Positions 51,701-63,808 of a stretch of 64,000 nt of DNA are shown piece by piece. Source of the DNA: Phyllobates terribilis (lineage: Eukaryota); NCBI RefSeq assembly GCF_046119375.1, contig NW_027362767.1, positions 241,056,001 through 241,120,000 of the forward strand, written 5' to 3'. The position numbers and the translations under genes were made by a program. A model generated the notes under the pieces. The model was not told the DNA's origin. It saw only the letters and a program-made list of their open reading frames with translations, and did no database searches. How positions within the stretch are numbered: the stretch's first letter is position 1; every line of letters starts with the position of its first letter.

Positions 51701-54700
51701 AATAAAACCATACAGCGCCACTTCTGTCCACTGGCAACTCAGCTCCTGAATGCAATACATGACCCCGCCTTTAGACAGGGGTGGCGCTGTTTCTCTAGAA
51801 GGTGGATCGCTGTCCTACCTGACATCCAGCCTGGCTCGGTGCCATATGGATAGCTGGCATGGTTGTGGCAGAGATGGAGGCTTGGTATACAGAGCAGTCA
51901 TTCACAACCCGTATTCTGTATGATCAGCGGATGCCGGTGGTTAGTAAAATTCTCTTTTACCTTCTAGTTACTGACGGAGGAGAAGATGGCAGTAAAAGCC
52001 CAGGTAACGTCCCTGCTTGGGGAGCTACACGAGAGCCAAAGGAGTCTGGAGGTCTCTACACAGGAGAAAAAAAAGGTTGAAGAAACGTAAGGAACTTACG
52101 GGGACTGGCGGTCCTTAAAAGAGTTGTCTCATAAAGAGGAGGACCCCGGTCTATCCAAGGGTTACATGGTCAGTAGAGATGAGAGAATCGGTCCGGCAGC
52201 CAGACGGGAGCCTTGCGAGGCTCCTCACACCTGCTACAAGTCCTCGGCGTCTATTCTGATCTGTAGGCCTGACGTGGCCCCTGGACCAGGGCCCTGCAAA
52301 TGTATTCTCTTCATCTCTAATAGTGACTGTACATTATGCAATGCAACCTGCAGGGGAAATGTAGACCCCTAGATGGCACCTGCTTGGCACCAGTGTCCTT
52401 TGGAAGCAATCAGATGGTCTCCGGGAAAGCCTCCTTTAGGGAAAGTGTTCCTTTAATGAGACATCCCCTTATATAGATCCTGGACCTAGCATTATGTACA
52501 AACTACTATTGTAACCTGCGCCTCTGGTTTTGCAGCCTGCGGAGCGCACAAGAGCAGCAGCGGGAATGGGAGGCTCAGATGAAGCAGCAGGTCCTCCAGC
52601 TGGATCAGAACCGACTGCAGGTGCAGAACCTGGAAGCCGCACTGAAAATAGAGAGAACCAACGCCAGAGAAGAGATGTAAGTCGTCCAGTAATTCCTGGG
52701 GGGGACGCAGGATACAATATCAGGAATCATGCAAAAGTTTTAGGCAGGAGTAGCAAAGAATGCTGTGCAGTAAGAAGCTTTCATAATAGAAGAGTTAATA
52801 GGTTTATCAATTAACAAAATGAAAAGTGAATGAACAAAAGAGAAATGTAAATCAATATTTGCGTTGACCCACCTTTGTCTTCATCAGTTCCTCTTGATAA
52901 ATTTGTACATGGTTTTTTTTTTTTTTGTTTTGTTTTTGCAACAACTCGGTGGTACCAAACATCTTGGAGAACTAACCACAGATCTTTTGTAGATGCCTCA
53001 ATACTTGCCCATCATGTAATACCATCAAAGAGGCATCTGAGTGGTCCCAAATGTATTCTGCAGCAGGACAATAACCCCCAACATCCAGCCAATGTCATTA
53101 AGAACTATCCTTAGTGTGAAGGAAGAACAAGGAGTCCTTTAAGTTATGATCCGGCCCCCACAGATCCCTGGCTGGGATCACATAAAGAAACAGAAGGATT
53201 TACACAAATGACATCCAGAGAAGATCTGGGTTCAGTCCTCCAAGATGTTTGGAACAAACTCCTGCCAAATTTCTTCAGAAACTGTGTACAAGTGACGAGA
53301 AGTGACGAAGGCAAAGAAAGGTCACCAAATCTTGCTGTAATTTAGATTTATCTTTTGAAATCCTTCTTTCCACGCCTGCCTAAAACTTTTGCACAGTGCT
53401 GTAGGTCATATATTTATATTTTCTGGGTGCCAGTGATGTATAGTAGAAGGAGCAGATCTATACGGTATAATCTAGATTCAGCACCTTTCCATACGAGTGT
53501 TGTAATAAAAGCGTTGGTGGGATTAGGCCACCTGTCATCTCCCCTGGGGAGATACCGCAGCAACATTTACCGCAGCGGATATCATTGTGGAGGGAACGAC
53601 ACTTTTCACCCTTTGCATTTGCTAAAATCTCACACACTGTAAAATTGTGGCAAACTAATAAAAATCTTCTTAGTTTTCGCACCTTGGGAACTTTTAGCCT
53701 TAAAGGTTGTTTTTTTTTATAAAATTGCACGGCCATTTGTAATCAAGCAGAAAACGGAATGGGTGTCTGGCAGCCGCACCTTGGATAAACACTTAGACCC
53801 AATCTTTGACTTATTGCTAACATGTTTATATGGGGATTCCTCGTCCCCCATACAGTTTGCATCGGCCCCAGCCGCCGCTCGACTCGCTGCCTTGATAATG
53901 GGGCTCTCTGAGCTGAAATCTGCTCATATAAAGGTGCAGTGATGACTATCCCCGGTTTTGGGTGTGAAGATGTTTAGCACACAACAAATCTTATCTGTAG
54001 GGATGAGCGGACCAGTGGAAGTTCGGGTTCTGGCACCCTACTTGAACTTTCATCCAAAGTTCAGTTCTGTACCCGAACCCCATTGAAAACAATGGAGATC
54101 CGTACTTTTGAGCTGGAAATGTTTCTCTTTTTCTGTTCTCTCCTGGAACTCTGAACATTGCAACGGACTTCCGGAAGAAGTCCAAGTTCGGCGTTTGGCA
54201 CCGGACATTAACAGTCCAGTACGGACCCCAAACTTTTTTAAGTTCATTCATCTCTAATTATCAGTAAGTCGTAAACCATCCATGTACCCTGACCTGCTCT
54301 AGTACTTACAAGGTTGTGGGCTCTAAGAGGGTGGTATGAAATTAAATAACACGGTGGCTGCCTTCTAGAAACAGCACCACATTAGGCTACAGGTTGTGTC
54401 TGGTATTGCCGCATTCGTTTGCCTTATGTATGATATAGGCCGCGACTGCTCCGCATACCCACAGCAAGGGCGCGCAATATACAATCAGCCAAAATGCAAG
54501 CTGGACAGATTGGAAACCGATTGAACATATAAAAAAAAAAACCACACAATAGCGCAGGTTTCCATCAACTGTAATTATGTTCTTCGGTCCCATACGCATT
54601 ATATAAATGTTGGATCTTGTGTACAATGTTTTATCGATTATAGACCACCCCTTTAAGTAGACCCTTTCTACATGTGGCCGTCCTGTTGTTCCAGGGGACT

Positions 54701-57440
54701 CGGCTCCTTTCCTTCAGAGTGTGAAGGCTCCTCGTGGCTGGCCTGCTGCTCCGCCTGCATTTCCCTCTTCTGCTGAGGACTTTTCCCTACATTTGTTAAT
54801 TCATGGTTTAAAAGTTTTTAAAACTTTTTGCAATTTTTTCCCATTGCTAAAGTCGTCCTTTTAAATGGAGCACAAGAAAAAAAAATGCTGTATATTCTGC
54901 ACCATGGTGGAGGGTCCGATCACACATTCATCACTCTGGTTGCACACAATAGAAAAAAAAAAACATGGCTGCCCCCTCCAAAAAACAAAGCGCCATGTTA
55001 TCACTATTGCAGCTGTCATATTTACTTTAGTGAAACTGAGCTGCATTACCAGACACTGCCTGATGTGGCGCTATTTGTGCAAAAAAAAAAAAAAGCGGCC
55101 AATATTTCACCCCTTTAATAAAAATCTACACAATGGTGCTGAACACAGTCTCACAAGTGACTTACCCCTTTATAGATGTGTGTACACTTAATTTTACGGT
55201 TATTTAGGGTTTTATTTTTGGTTTTTGGGGACTGGCTTGTTGCGGTACCCTAAGGGCTGCAATATGATCCCATTCACCTGCGACATAGCAGCGGCACATC
55301 GCAATCTAGGCCGCTGAAACCTTAGTCGTGGCCACAGTCCCCAGATCGCCCTGAGCTTGTATTGATTGATGTGAATTTTTTTTTTTGCCAAAATGTTATA
55401 GAATTAACAGACTAAAAAAAACCCCCAAAAAACAGCAATGTTCCCAATCAGTGTAATGCCATACTTCTCCTGCGGAGGTGCTGCAGGGAAAGTGAACACC
55501 TTGCCAACTGGATGTTAAGCATGTTATTAAGTATCATACTTATGGAGGGGGACATAAAACATCCCAATTTCTCATCTCTAGGAGGAAGTTGGCCCAGCTC
55601 CAGTCCGCGTATCACAAATTATTTCAAGAATATGACGTCCACATCAAGAACAGCATCCAGCAGGAGAAAATGATAAAAGTGAGTACGAGCCGAGCCGTCG
55701 CAGTGTAGACTCCTTTGCTTGGAACGTCTGGACTTTTGTAATGTCTGTTGCGTTTTAGACCTTACAAGGACAACTTCAAGAGCTGACGCAGCAGCTGCAG
55801 GAGGCGGAGGAGGCGCTGGTGGCCAAGCAGGAACTTATTGACAAGCTGAAGGTTGAGACTGACGAGCAAAAAAGTCTGAAGGAGATAGTCTCTGTGCTGA
55901 AGGCCCAGGTGAGCCACCGCAGACGGGCGACACTGAGACACGGGGTACAGGCACTGGATACCAACTTTTGTTTTTTATACCCCCCAACCCAGGCAGAAAT
56001 ATATAAGTCAGACTTTCTCGCAGAACGTGAAGCGCGAGCGAGACTCCATGCAGAGAAGCAGAAGCTGCAGGAACAGATGGATGACCTACTGCGAGAAAGG
56101 TGGAGGAATGAATGGGGACCAGGTCCATCTGGGTCCTGGTTATTTGTTCTGGTGGGGTGGTCCCAATCGGGTAACGCTGTCTGTTCTTTATAGGACTAGG
56201 ATCGAAGAGATGAGGAACAGACATTCTGACACTTTACGGCAAAGCATGGGTGGTGAGTACTAACCTGTATGCAGCACGTCCGCCTTTCACCCCTTTTCCC
56301 CTGGGCCAAGTTTCCTCCCCTTCTTCCCAGAGTCATAAAACTTACTGTTCCGTCTGAGGGCTTGTTTTATTTTGTGGGACTAGTATGTTTATATTACCAC
56401 CAGTTATGGGTGGGTGGGGAAATCCCCTTTTTTAGGTTTTCTTCCTACTTTTGTTAGGTGTTAAAAATAACCTGGCAGCCTGATTCCACCTTTGTATAAT
56501 CAATATAGGATCACAGTAGTTTTTAAAGGGGATCTACCCTCATAAGCTGTCTATATGGGCATATAGGTCTTAAAAAGCTGAATAAAATTATATCTTGATA
56601 TCTGCGATCCGATGTTTTAATCCAGAGAAATCCACATTTTTCTTAATATGTAAATGAGCTGCTAAGATCTATGGGCTGGACACAGCTCATTTACATATTA
56701 AAAAAAACATGGATTTCTCTGGAAATAGACACCTTGATCTCTGCAATCCAATATCATTTTATTCAGCTTTCTAAGACCTATATGTCCATATAGACAGCTT
56801 ATGAGGGTAGATCTTATTGATAGATCCCCTTTAAGTTGGTGACAAACTTTAAATTTGTAAAAATAAATACATTTTGGTTGATGCCGCTGAGACCTGTAAC
56901 TTTTTCATTTTTCAAGCAATAGACTAAAGTCAAAACTTTTTTTTTTTTTTTTTGAGGGCCGAGCTATTGCTTTTTTTTTACTTGAAGCTCCTATGTTTTG
57001 ATTGTATTTTTTTGTGGGAAGTACTGGCGTCATAAAAACTACAATGTTTTTCACTTTTACCAGTGATCAATCACTTTTATATACTACTAGAAGTATTTCA
57101 TTATACTTAGTTCAAAACACAGTCTTCTACGGGGTTCATTTCTGCGCCTCTTTTCCACTTTATGGCATCAGTTGGGTCATTAGATACTGATGTACTTACA
57201 CCCAGAGATGTAAGGTGCAGGCCGTGAGACGAGTGAATCGCTCGCTCCTATGTGATTCTTACTTTCCCCACTTACCCCCTCCCCATTTCCTTCCTAGGTC
57301 TGTACCCACCGCCCTATGCTACTCCACCACCAACTTCCATCCCCCCTTTGGAGCGACAAGAGTTCTGCTGCCCGAAATGTCAGTACAAAGCGCCAGACAT
57401 GGACACTCTGCAGATACACGTGATGGATTGTATACAGTAA
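45752..57440 (+). CDS. ikbkg: NF-kappa-B essential modulator (NEMO/IKK-gamma), 554 aa
   Basis: Coding exons: 45752-45935, 47332-47573, 48305-48415, 50794-50886, 50967-51028, 51121-51174, 51474-51576, 51968-52086, 52536-52676, 55582-55678, 55759-55908, 55993-56099, 56194-56252, 57298-57440. All GT-AG, phases close, 1665 nt. Motifs [45 protein letters not shown], zinc finger [21 protein letters not shown]. The five insert exons have lower confidence (~0.75). Confidence 0.94.
46777..46928. repeat. 32-bp G-rich minisatellite, ~4.7 copies
   Basis: Unit GGGAAGTGGGGGCGGGCCTCTGTCGCGCTGGC. Confidence 0.93.
48679..50271 (+). mobile_element. Near full-length, inactivated Tc1-like DNA transposon (1593 bp)
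   Basis: TA|CAGTGGTGTGAAAA ... TTTTCACACCACTG|TA with long inverted repeats; DD34E transposase remnants ([22 protein letters not shown]) broken by stops and frameshifts. Confidence 0.93.
52728..53393 (+). mobile_element. Internally deleted Tc1-like element
   Basis: Inverted TGCAAAAGTTTTAGGCAGG / CCTGCCTAAAACTTTTGCA; internal [10 protein letters not shown] remnant; outer boundaries approximate. Confidence 0.65.
56527..56830. mobile_element. Palindromic T2/Kolobok-type MITE (304 bp)
   Basis: TTAA|AGGGGATCTA ... TAGATCCCCT|TTAA; arms complementary over most of their length. Confidence 0.85.
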
Positions 57441-58525
57441 CCGCCCAACACTATGGACTGTTCCTATAGATTGTGAATGGACACTTACCTGACTGGACAC
57501 TGATGCAATTTTAGTAGTGGAAGCTGAAGGATATTTGGGGGACGGGTTAACCTCCATTTATGAATGTAAAAGACATTAGAAACTTTTTTTTTTGCTTAAA
57601 ATGGATCAGTCACCAGCTATCACAACACAAACCACATACATTAGAGGTTGATCTTGGACCTGATGAGGCTGGTGTACTTGTACAACCTTACAAAGAGGAT
57701 TTCAAACACTTTTTCAAAGTTTTCCCAGCTAATAACATGCTTATCTTCTTAACCCCCCATCTCCATACATGGGGGTGCCAGGTGTGTTGCACAGTCGGCA
57801 CCTGCATCTTTCAGCTCTAGTTCCTAAGTTGCCATTGTGAAGCTGACAGATGGTGCTGGGGGTTCAAAGTCTACTAAAAGTAGTATTATATAAAAAAAAA
57901 TATACATGTAAAATCTTACCACTTTAAATCTTTTTTAAATTTCAAAAATGAAAATTAATACTCAAAGTTAACAAGGCCAATCAACCTTTACAGTAGATGT
58001 CAAAGGAGGAGAAAAAAAAAATCTAAACAGCAAAATTAAGAGTTTTTTAGCGATGTGTCATACCTCAAAATGGGAGAAATACAAAAGCCTGGTGCTATTG
58101 ATGGAGGGGGTCAAGTTTCAGAAAATGGTGAACCAAATTCAAAAGAAATATATATATATATTATGGTATTACTGACCTGGAGCATACTACTTTAAGAACT
58201 AAACCCAAAAAAAACTTTTCCCCCCACCGTTTAACACCAACTCAGACTTTTTTTTTTTTATTTCCCCAGTACATTATATGGTAAAATGAATGGTGTCATT
58301 CAAGATTGCAACTCTGCTATGGCAAAAAATAATTACAGCTCTTGGAATGAGGAAAGGGAAGAAAAAAAATATGTATCCTTAAAGGGTTAGTGCATAGTGA
58401 CATCTGGTGACAGATCCGCTTTAAGATGACGTCTGTGAATTATTGTGCAAGGATGGGTTCTCCACGGCTCGTCCAGAATGAAGAACGTACTTACTGTCTC
58501 TTCCCAACTCCTCATTCTGTTCCTC

Positions 58526-58590
58526 TGTAAATAAAATGTGCTGTAACATAGCACCGAAAACACATTTTGGTTTATTGTACATTGTTTATT
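58526..58590. terminator. Opposed polyadenylation signals of IKBKG (+) and SEPHS2 (-)
   Basis: AATAAA (+) at 58530-58535 preceded by TGTA; AATAAA (-) at 58571-58576 and 58585-58590. Confidence 0.7.
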
Positions 58591-58638
58591 GAAAAATAAT
58601 CTAACAGGGCCCAACCAGGGGCTGCGCTGCCCCTCCAG

Positions 58639-58719
58639 CCCGCCTCTGAGCGCACATCAGCCACCGCCAGCCCGACCAAAGCGGGTTTTACAGGATGTGG
58701 CATCATGAACAGAGGCGGG
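58639..58719 (-). other. Eukaryotic SECIS element (type II) in the SEPHS2 3' UTR
   Basis: Helix I CCCGCCUCUG/CAGAGGCGGG (10 bp); AUGA at 58706-58703 opposite UGAU (GA at 58658-58657); GCCAC/GUGGC helix II; unpaired AAAA; apical mini-stem CCCG/CGGG. Confidence 0.93.
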
Positions 58720-58966
58720 TGTGGAAGGCAACGCGAGCCCGTTCTCCTCCGTAACTCTGAGATCCAGCTGCTCAGGCCTGGACCCGGAACGGAGATTACT
58801 ACGGAAGGGCTTGATGGAAGATTTCATTGTCCATGATGAAAAAATTAACAAATCACATTCTGTCTTCTGATTGATATATTCCATTTCCTTAGATTTACCC
58901 AGTTGTCCAGACATAATTAGAGTGCAGTCCGATCAATAATCCTGAGGTACAGTGATTCTTTCCGCT

Positions 58967-61900
58967 TTAGCATGGTCCTTCTAGACTGGCCACGGTACTA
59001 TTGTCACTGGTCCCAGCACCCCGAGGAGTCACTTCGATAATGCGAGGTTTCTCAATAATGCGGGCGGAGCGGTTTCCTTTCTCCACAATCCCAATGATCC
59101 ATGCCTGGTGGCCCTCACCGTACTTTGGTGACTTTATCTCGGCACAGAAGCGGGCCGCTTGCTCCCGCGGAAGGCAGATGAGTAGACCACCTTAACAAGC
59201 CAACATTCAGGTTAGAAAGCTACAGCATGACCAGTCACCCTCCATAAAAATCGAGTCGTAAAGCACCTGCCCGCCGCCAGTCAGCCCACCACAGTCCATA
59301 CTGCCGGCCGCCTGTCAGGCAACAGCCCACCACAGTCTGTACTCACCTGAAGTCTCCGGAGATGTTCCTTGAAGTAAACTGAACCGGGTCCCGCAGGCCT
59401 TGGTGATGGCTGCCATCTTGGCAATGATTGGCAAATTGTGGATGACAAAGTTTACTTCGCAGAGTTGCTGCTGCGCCAGGTTTTGAGCATGGCCCAAGAT
59501 CCCAAAACCAGTAATATCTGTGGCAGCGTGGGCGTTAAACAAGTGCATCAAGGCTGCAGCTAGGGAAATAAAATGTAGACCTTAAAGGGGTATTCCAATC
59601 TGGCACATTTATTGCAAATTCCAACAGATGTGCGTTCATCAATAGTAAGGGTCTCTTAGCACCCTTTGTGACGGGACATAATCAGCTGTCTTTTATGCCA
59701 GGAAAAGCGTTGTACTTCTCGTCATGGGCTACCGTGAGTCCAGCCAGCCTTGGCACATTTAAGTGAACGGGCCCTGTGCTGTAGTACCAGGAACAACCAC
59801 TACTAAGAGTAGTTGGGAGGTTGACACTGTAGCATTTATGAAAGAGTTAAACCCAAAACCACCATTACATAAAAGCTGTCGGTACGCGACAGCCCGAATA
59901 CGAGAGGTCGCTCCCGCCACGATGACCACCAGCTATAGCTTACCTGTACGATTCAGAGTCGCCATATTAAACATGGCCTCCTGGTATGCCAGCTCGACCT
60001 CCTCTCTGCTCACCACCAGGCGGATCTTATTCCAGCGGTCAGCCTGATGGTGGAGACATTGGATAATGATTACTGGGGACAATTCACAAGAGCGTCCCGA
60101 TGATGATGACCCAGAACGATCACTTACGTTGTCCAACCACTGATGTGCGTTCACAGCTACCTGCGTCCCCAGGGGCTTCGTCAGCACCAGGACATCACCT
60201 GGAACAGCGTTGTGCGGCCTTGGGAAGAAATGACAGGTTTTATCTATAAAAAGTGGGCCAAGTTAAAGGGGTGGTCCAGCCATAATTTAGAACATTACAA
60301 GCAGTTTAGAGGGTTTTTTAATGCATGAACAATTCCTCTAAGAGATCAGACTCGGCACCAACTACAGCCCAATCCAGAAGGAAACTTACATGATGAATTC
60401 ATTAGACGGACACACTACTGTTGCCACTCCACCAATGATGATCCACGGATTAACCACGGTCTGGCCACCGGTGACTGAAGTGCCCCCCTCCTCAGCTGCA
60501 TCCTTAAAACCTTTCATCATCAACGGTGTCACCTTCTCCCGTTCCTGGAACAATTAACAAGGAGTCTATTGTGTCTGACTAAGAAAGACCCATCACAGAA
60601 ATGAACCCTACACAAAGCCCCGGGCTCCAATCACACCCTGACCCGGATCAGACACATCAGCCATCGAGACATCACTGGTTTAATCCCACTGCTCCCCCAC
60701 ATTTCGTCAAAGAATGCAAACATTAAAGAGTCTCAAGGGTTAAAAGCGCATTAAGAAAGCACGTGACGGCCTCACCTCCTCCGTCATCTTCTGGCTGACG
60801 CTCAGCAGCATCAGCATGTTGTCACACTCGGTGATCCCCATGGCATAGAGATCACTCAGCACGTTCGCACAGGCAATGCGACCCTGAAAAAAAAAAATAT
60901 TGTTTTATATCAACCCACAAGACAGTAACCAAGAAGAGGGGCGTCTGGACCCCCCTTGTGTCCGCTCGTTACAATGATGGGCGTCAGAGGAGCAGTCAAT
61001 TATTGGTGGTCCGAGGAGCCCAAATATTACCGGTAACAATCAAAGCTTCAGGTGATTCTCATGTGTGGTAGAAAATGCTTTTTTTATTTTATATAATGGA
61101 AAAAAGTCCCCCTTAGACCACCAGTATCCAGATATAATCTGAGGAGGGAGATCTCGATAGCGTCACCGTGGGCAGTGGCCGGTACTGCAGCATCTGATGA
61201 ATTTGAAAATATTCATTTTATTTTGGTCCCGTTTTATGATTCCAAAACCTCTGTAGGACGTTTGGCTGCAAATGAGCAACTGGAAGAATTAAGAAACTGC
61301 AAAACGCAGAATAAGAGTTTAGTGCACAAGCAGATATGATGGCAGAGGGCTGGCAAGACTGTGCCTCTGTCCCCGTTTTTCTGTCTGTCACACTACATAC
61401 AGGTATAACAGAGGTGGGCATTAACTCCGGGGCAGGCAGGCCATCGGACAATGCATGCATTGTGAGAGAAGGGAAGTTCCTGCACCTATAGTGCTGGTAG
61501 AATGCAGATTAAGAACAGCCAAATGAAAAAAAAAAAATTAAAGAGCATAAGAACCATGACAGTTCCTGGACATATTAGATTTGCATATTCACCAAAAAAC
61601 AGCTTTAAACTTGTTCTGTGGGATGGGGGCTGTGAGACCGTGGGTTTATATAGGTTTTATGCAAACAGATTTTAAGACCTAAGTTGCTCACCAGCTAAAG
61701 GGAGATTCAAGAAGCTGAAGGTGGTAAATGTAAGGAGTGTGATCACTGCGGCGGACCGCCGCCTCCTGTGATGACCGCCATGAAATGCATCGCGGGCACA
61801 TTCCTTCCCGCTCACGACCAGGCAGGATCACAGTGACTCAGCAGATCCCAACCCTCCAGGGGCAGCACACAAATCCCCAGAAGTCAGGATGACAATGCAC

Positions 61901-63584
61901 CAAGACTTATTAACCCTTTCCTCACCTGCATGTAGGGGTCCTCTACAGACGGATAAAAGAAGTCAGTGGTCTGAACGAGAGAAAGCCCTCTCTGCCTTAA
62001 AGGGATCACACAGGAGTCCATGCCAATACCTGCAAGGAAAGCACAAAAGTATATTACCAACATATAAATAAAACACTAATTTACTGAGAACGTCCCCATG
62101 TGATGCTGCTGTGGAATTTAGTGCACAAACGGATTAGCTGCACCTTTCACCCTTTTGGGGCCATCACTGCAGATTTCACCCTTTGCAATAGCAAATAGAC
62201 ATGGTGCAGCGCAATATATTCACAGCGTGGGGAAACCTCATCTACAATGCAGCTACTAGCGTGTGGTTTTTCCACAGTGGAAACTCCGCTGTGTGGGAAC
62301 ATCCCCTGAAATAAAATGGTAGTCAAATTAAAGGGGGTCTGGCAGCTGCTAATTGAGTAGGGGAATCTCAGACCCCGTACAAATAAATCTTTACGGCAAT
62401 AAATTGATTTAAGATAGGAGCAAAATTTTAAGGGGGTTGTCCGGTGATAACTTGTGGATGCGTGGGGGGTCCGACCATGATTGGTAGATCGGGGCAGTTT
62501 CATCCCCATTTTAATGGAGAGCCAAGCAGGACGCCCGACCACCGCTGCGTTCACTCTCTATGGAGCTGCTAAAAAAAAACCCTAATCTCAGGAGCCTGAT
62601 AGAGAATGAATGTGCACCATCCTAACAGAGCGCTCGGACCCCCCCCTCCATCAATAAGTAATCATTATCCTCTGGAGAGGTGGTAACTTGTCACTCCAAG
62701 ATCCAATTAAGTTTGTTCGGTTATGCAAATGAGTTTACAAGTGCCCAGAGGGCGGTCCCGGAGCAGGGCGAGTGCTGCACACATCCTGCAGGGAACAAGA
62801 AACGCACTTTTATAGTATTTGCCAATAACTTGCATAAACCTATTTGTAGCCAGTTCCTAAAAGTGCTGCAAAATCCAACCACAAATCTTGTGCAATCATC
62901 CGCCCCAGCGGGTTACTGAAGGCCCACAGATACAAGAATGCACGTTCCCGAAAATAGTTCCCCCAGGATCAACGAGCAAAGCGCTAGTATCTGCCGATCT
63001 GATCGCCCTCTGTATACAGGAGGCGTGCTGCCGATAATGTGCACTGGAGCAGGTTCATGGCCTGGACTTAGCATTTGGGAATTCCCTGCTGGAAACTCCA
63101 GACCCCCGAGCACAGGGCTGAGGACCCTTCAGTGCCCTTTAAGGGGGGCTAAGATAAAAGGGTCGTCCTCATCCCTGCACATTGTGTCAAGTCTCTACAT
63201 CGTGCCAAAGGGCTGTGTGCTTCCTATAGAAATCAGCGGCCACAGACTGAACCGATCTGCTGATAGACAGGTGCGATCAGTAGAGCTGGAGAGGCCCTGT
63301 ACGTGTGCCCGTGTGTCAGCCTGCTCACCCAGCCGCGGGACTCCTCCTTCCTGCACCGCACAGGGGCCCCCCGGGTCCAGGCGACCGCCCTCCCCGGGTT
63401 CCCCATCCTCCAGTCCCGCCAGGAGCCTGAGCAGCGTCTCCTGCGGGACTTTACAGCCTCAGCCCTTCATATCGGAGAACGAGGTGAGGCGGAAAGCAGC
63501 CCCCAAACCCAGAGACTCCGGGTCAAACGGCCGGTACCCCGGGAAGTACGGAGCCATGGAAGCAGGGAGCGATCCGGCCGCCAT
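58967..63584 (-). CDS. sephs2: Selenide, water dikinase 2 (selenophosphate synthetase 2), multi-exon Sec-containing form, 416 aa with Sec42
   Basis: Exons: 63329-63584, 61926-62029, 60776-60883, 60390-60544, 60128-60218, 59944-60043, 59347-59559, 58967-59190. Phases close, 1251 nt. In-frame TGA at 63459-63461 in MKG-U-GCKVPQE; motifs [33 protein letters not shown]; SECIS downstream. May be named sephs3/SPS2a in some annotations. Confidence 0.96.
63412..63450 (-). other. Stem-loop 3' of the Sec UGA (Sec redefinition element-like)
   Basis: AGUCCCGC-AGGAG / CUCCU-G-GCGGGACU: 13 bp with one bulge and a 12-nt loop, starting 9 nt after the UGA. Confidence 0.65.
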
Positions 63585-63808
63585 GACTGCTGCCTGCAGA
63601 ATGCTACTTCCGGGAGTCAGACGCCACAAGTCATATGTCTGCTTAGCGCGCATGCGCGCAGCTCCACCATAGATGATGGCCACCGCGGATAGAACGTCTG
63701 TTTCCATAGAGATGCGGCTTTCTCCTGCCGCACTGTGAGAGTAACCGCTGCTGTTGCCATAGAGACTGTAGGATTGTAGCAGTTCTGGGGAATTGTGCTG
63801 TGCCCAGG
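63585..63808. promoter_or_regulatory. Divergent SEPHS2/INVS promoter region
   Basis: ETS ACTTCCGG at 63606-63613; NRF1 palindrome GCGCATGCGC at 63648-63657; X-box-like GTTTCCATAGAGAT at 63700-63713 and GTTGCCATAGAGAC at 63753-63766. Confidence 0.65.

Noticed and set aside
63585-63707. In-frame upstream ATG extending SEPHS2 by 41 aa
   Set aside because: Lies across promoter motifs, probably upstream of the transcription start; no similarity to SEPHS2 N-termini.
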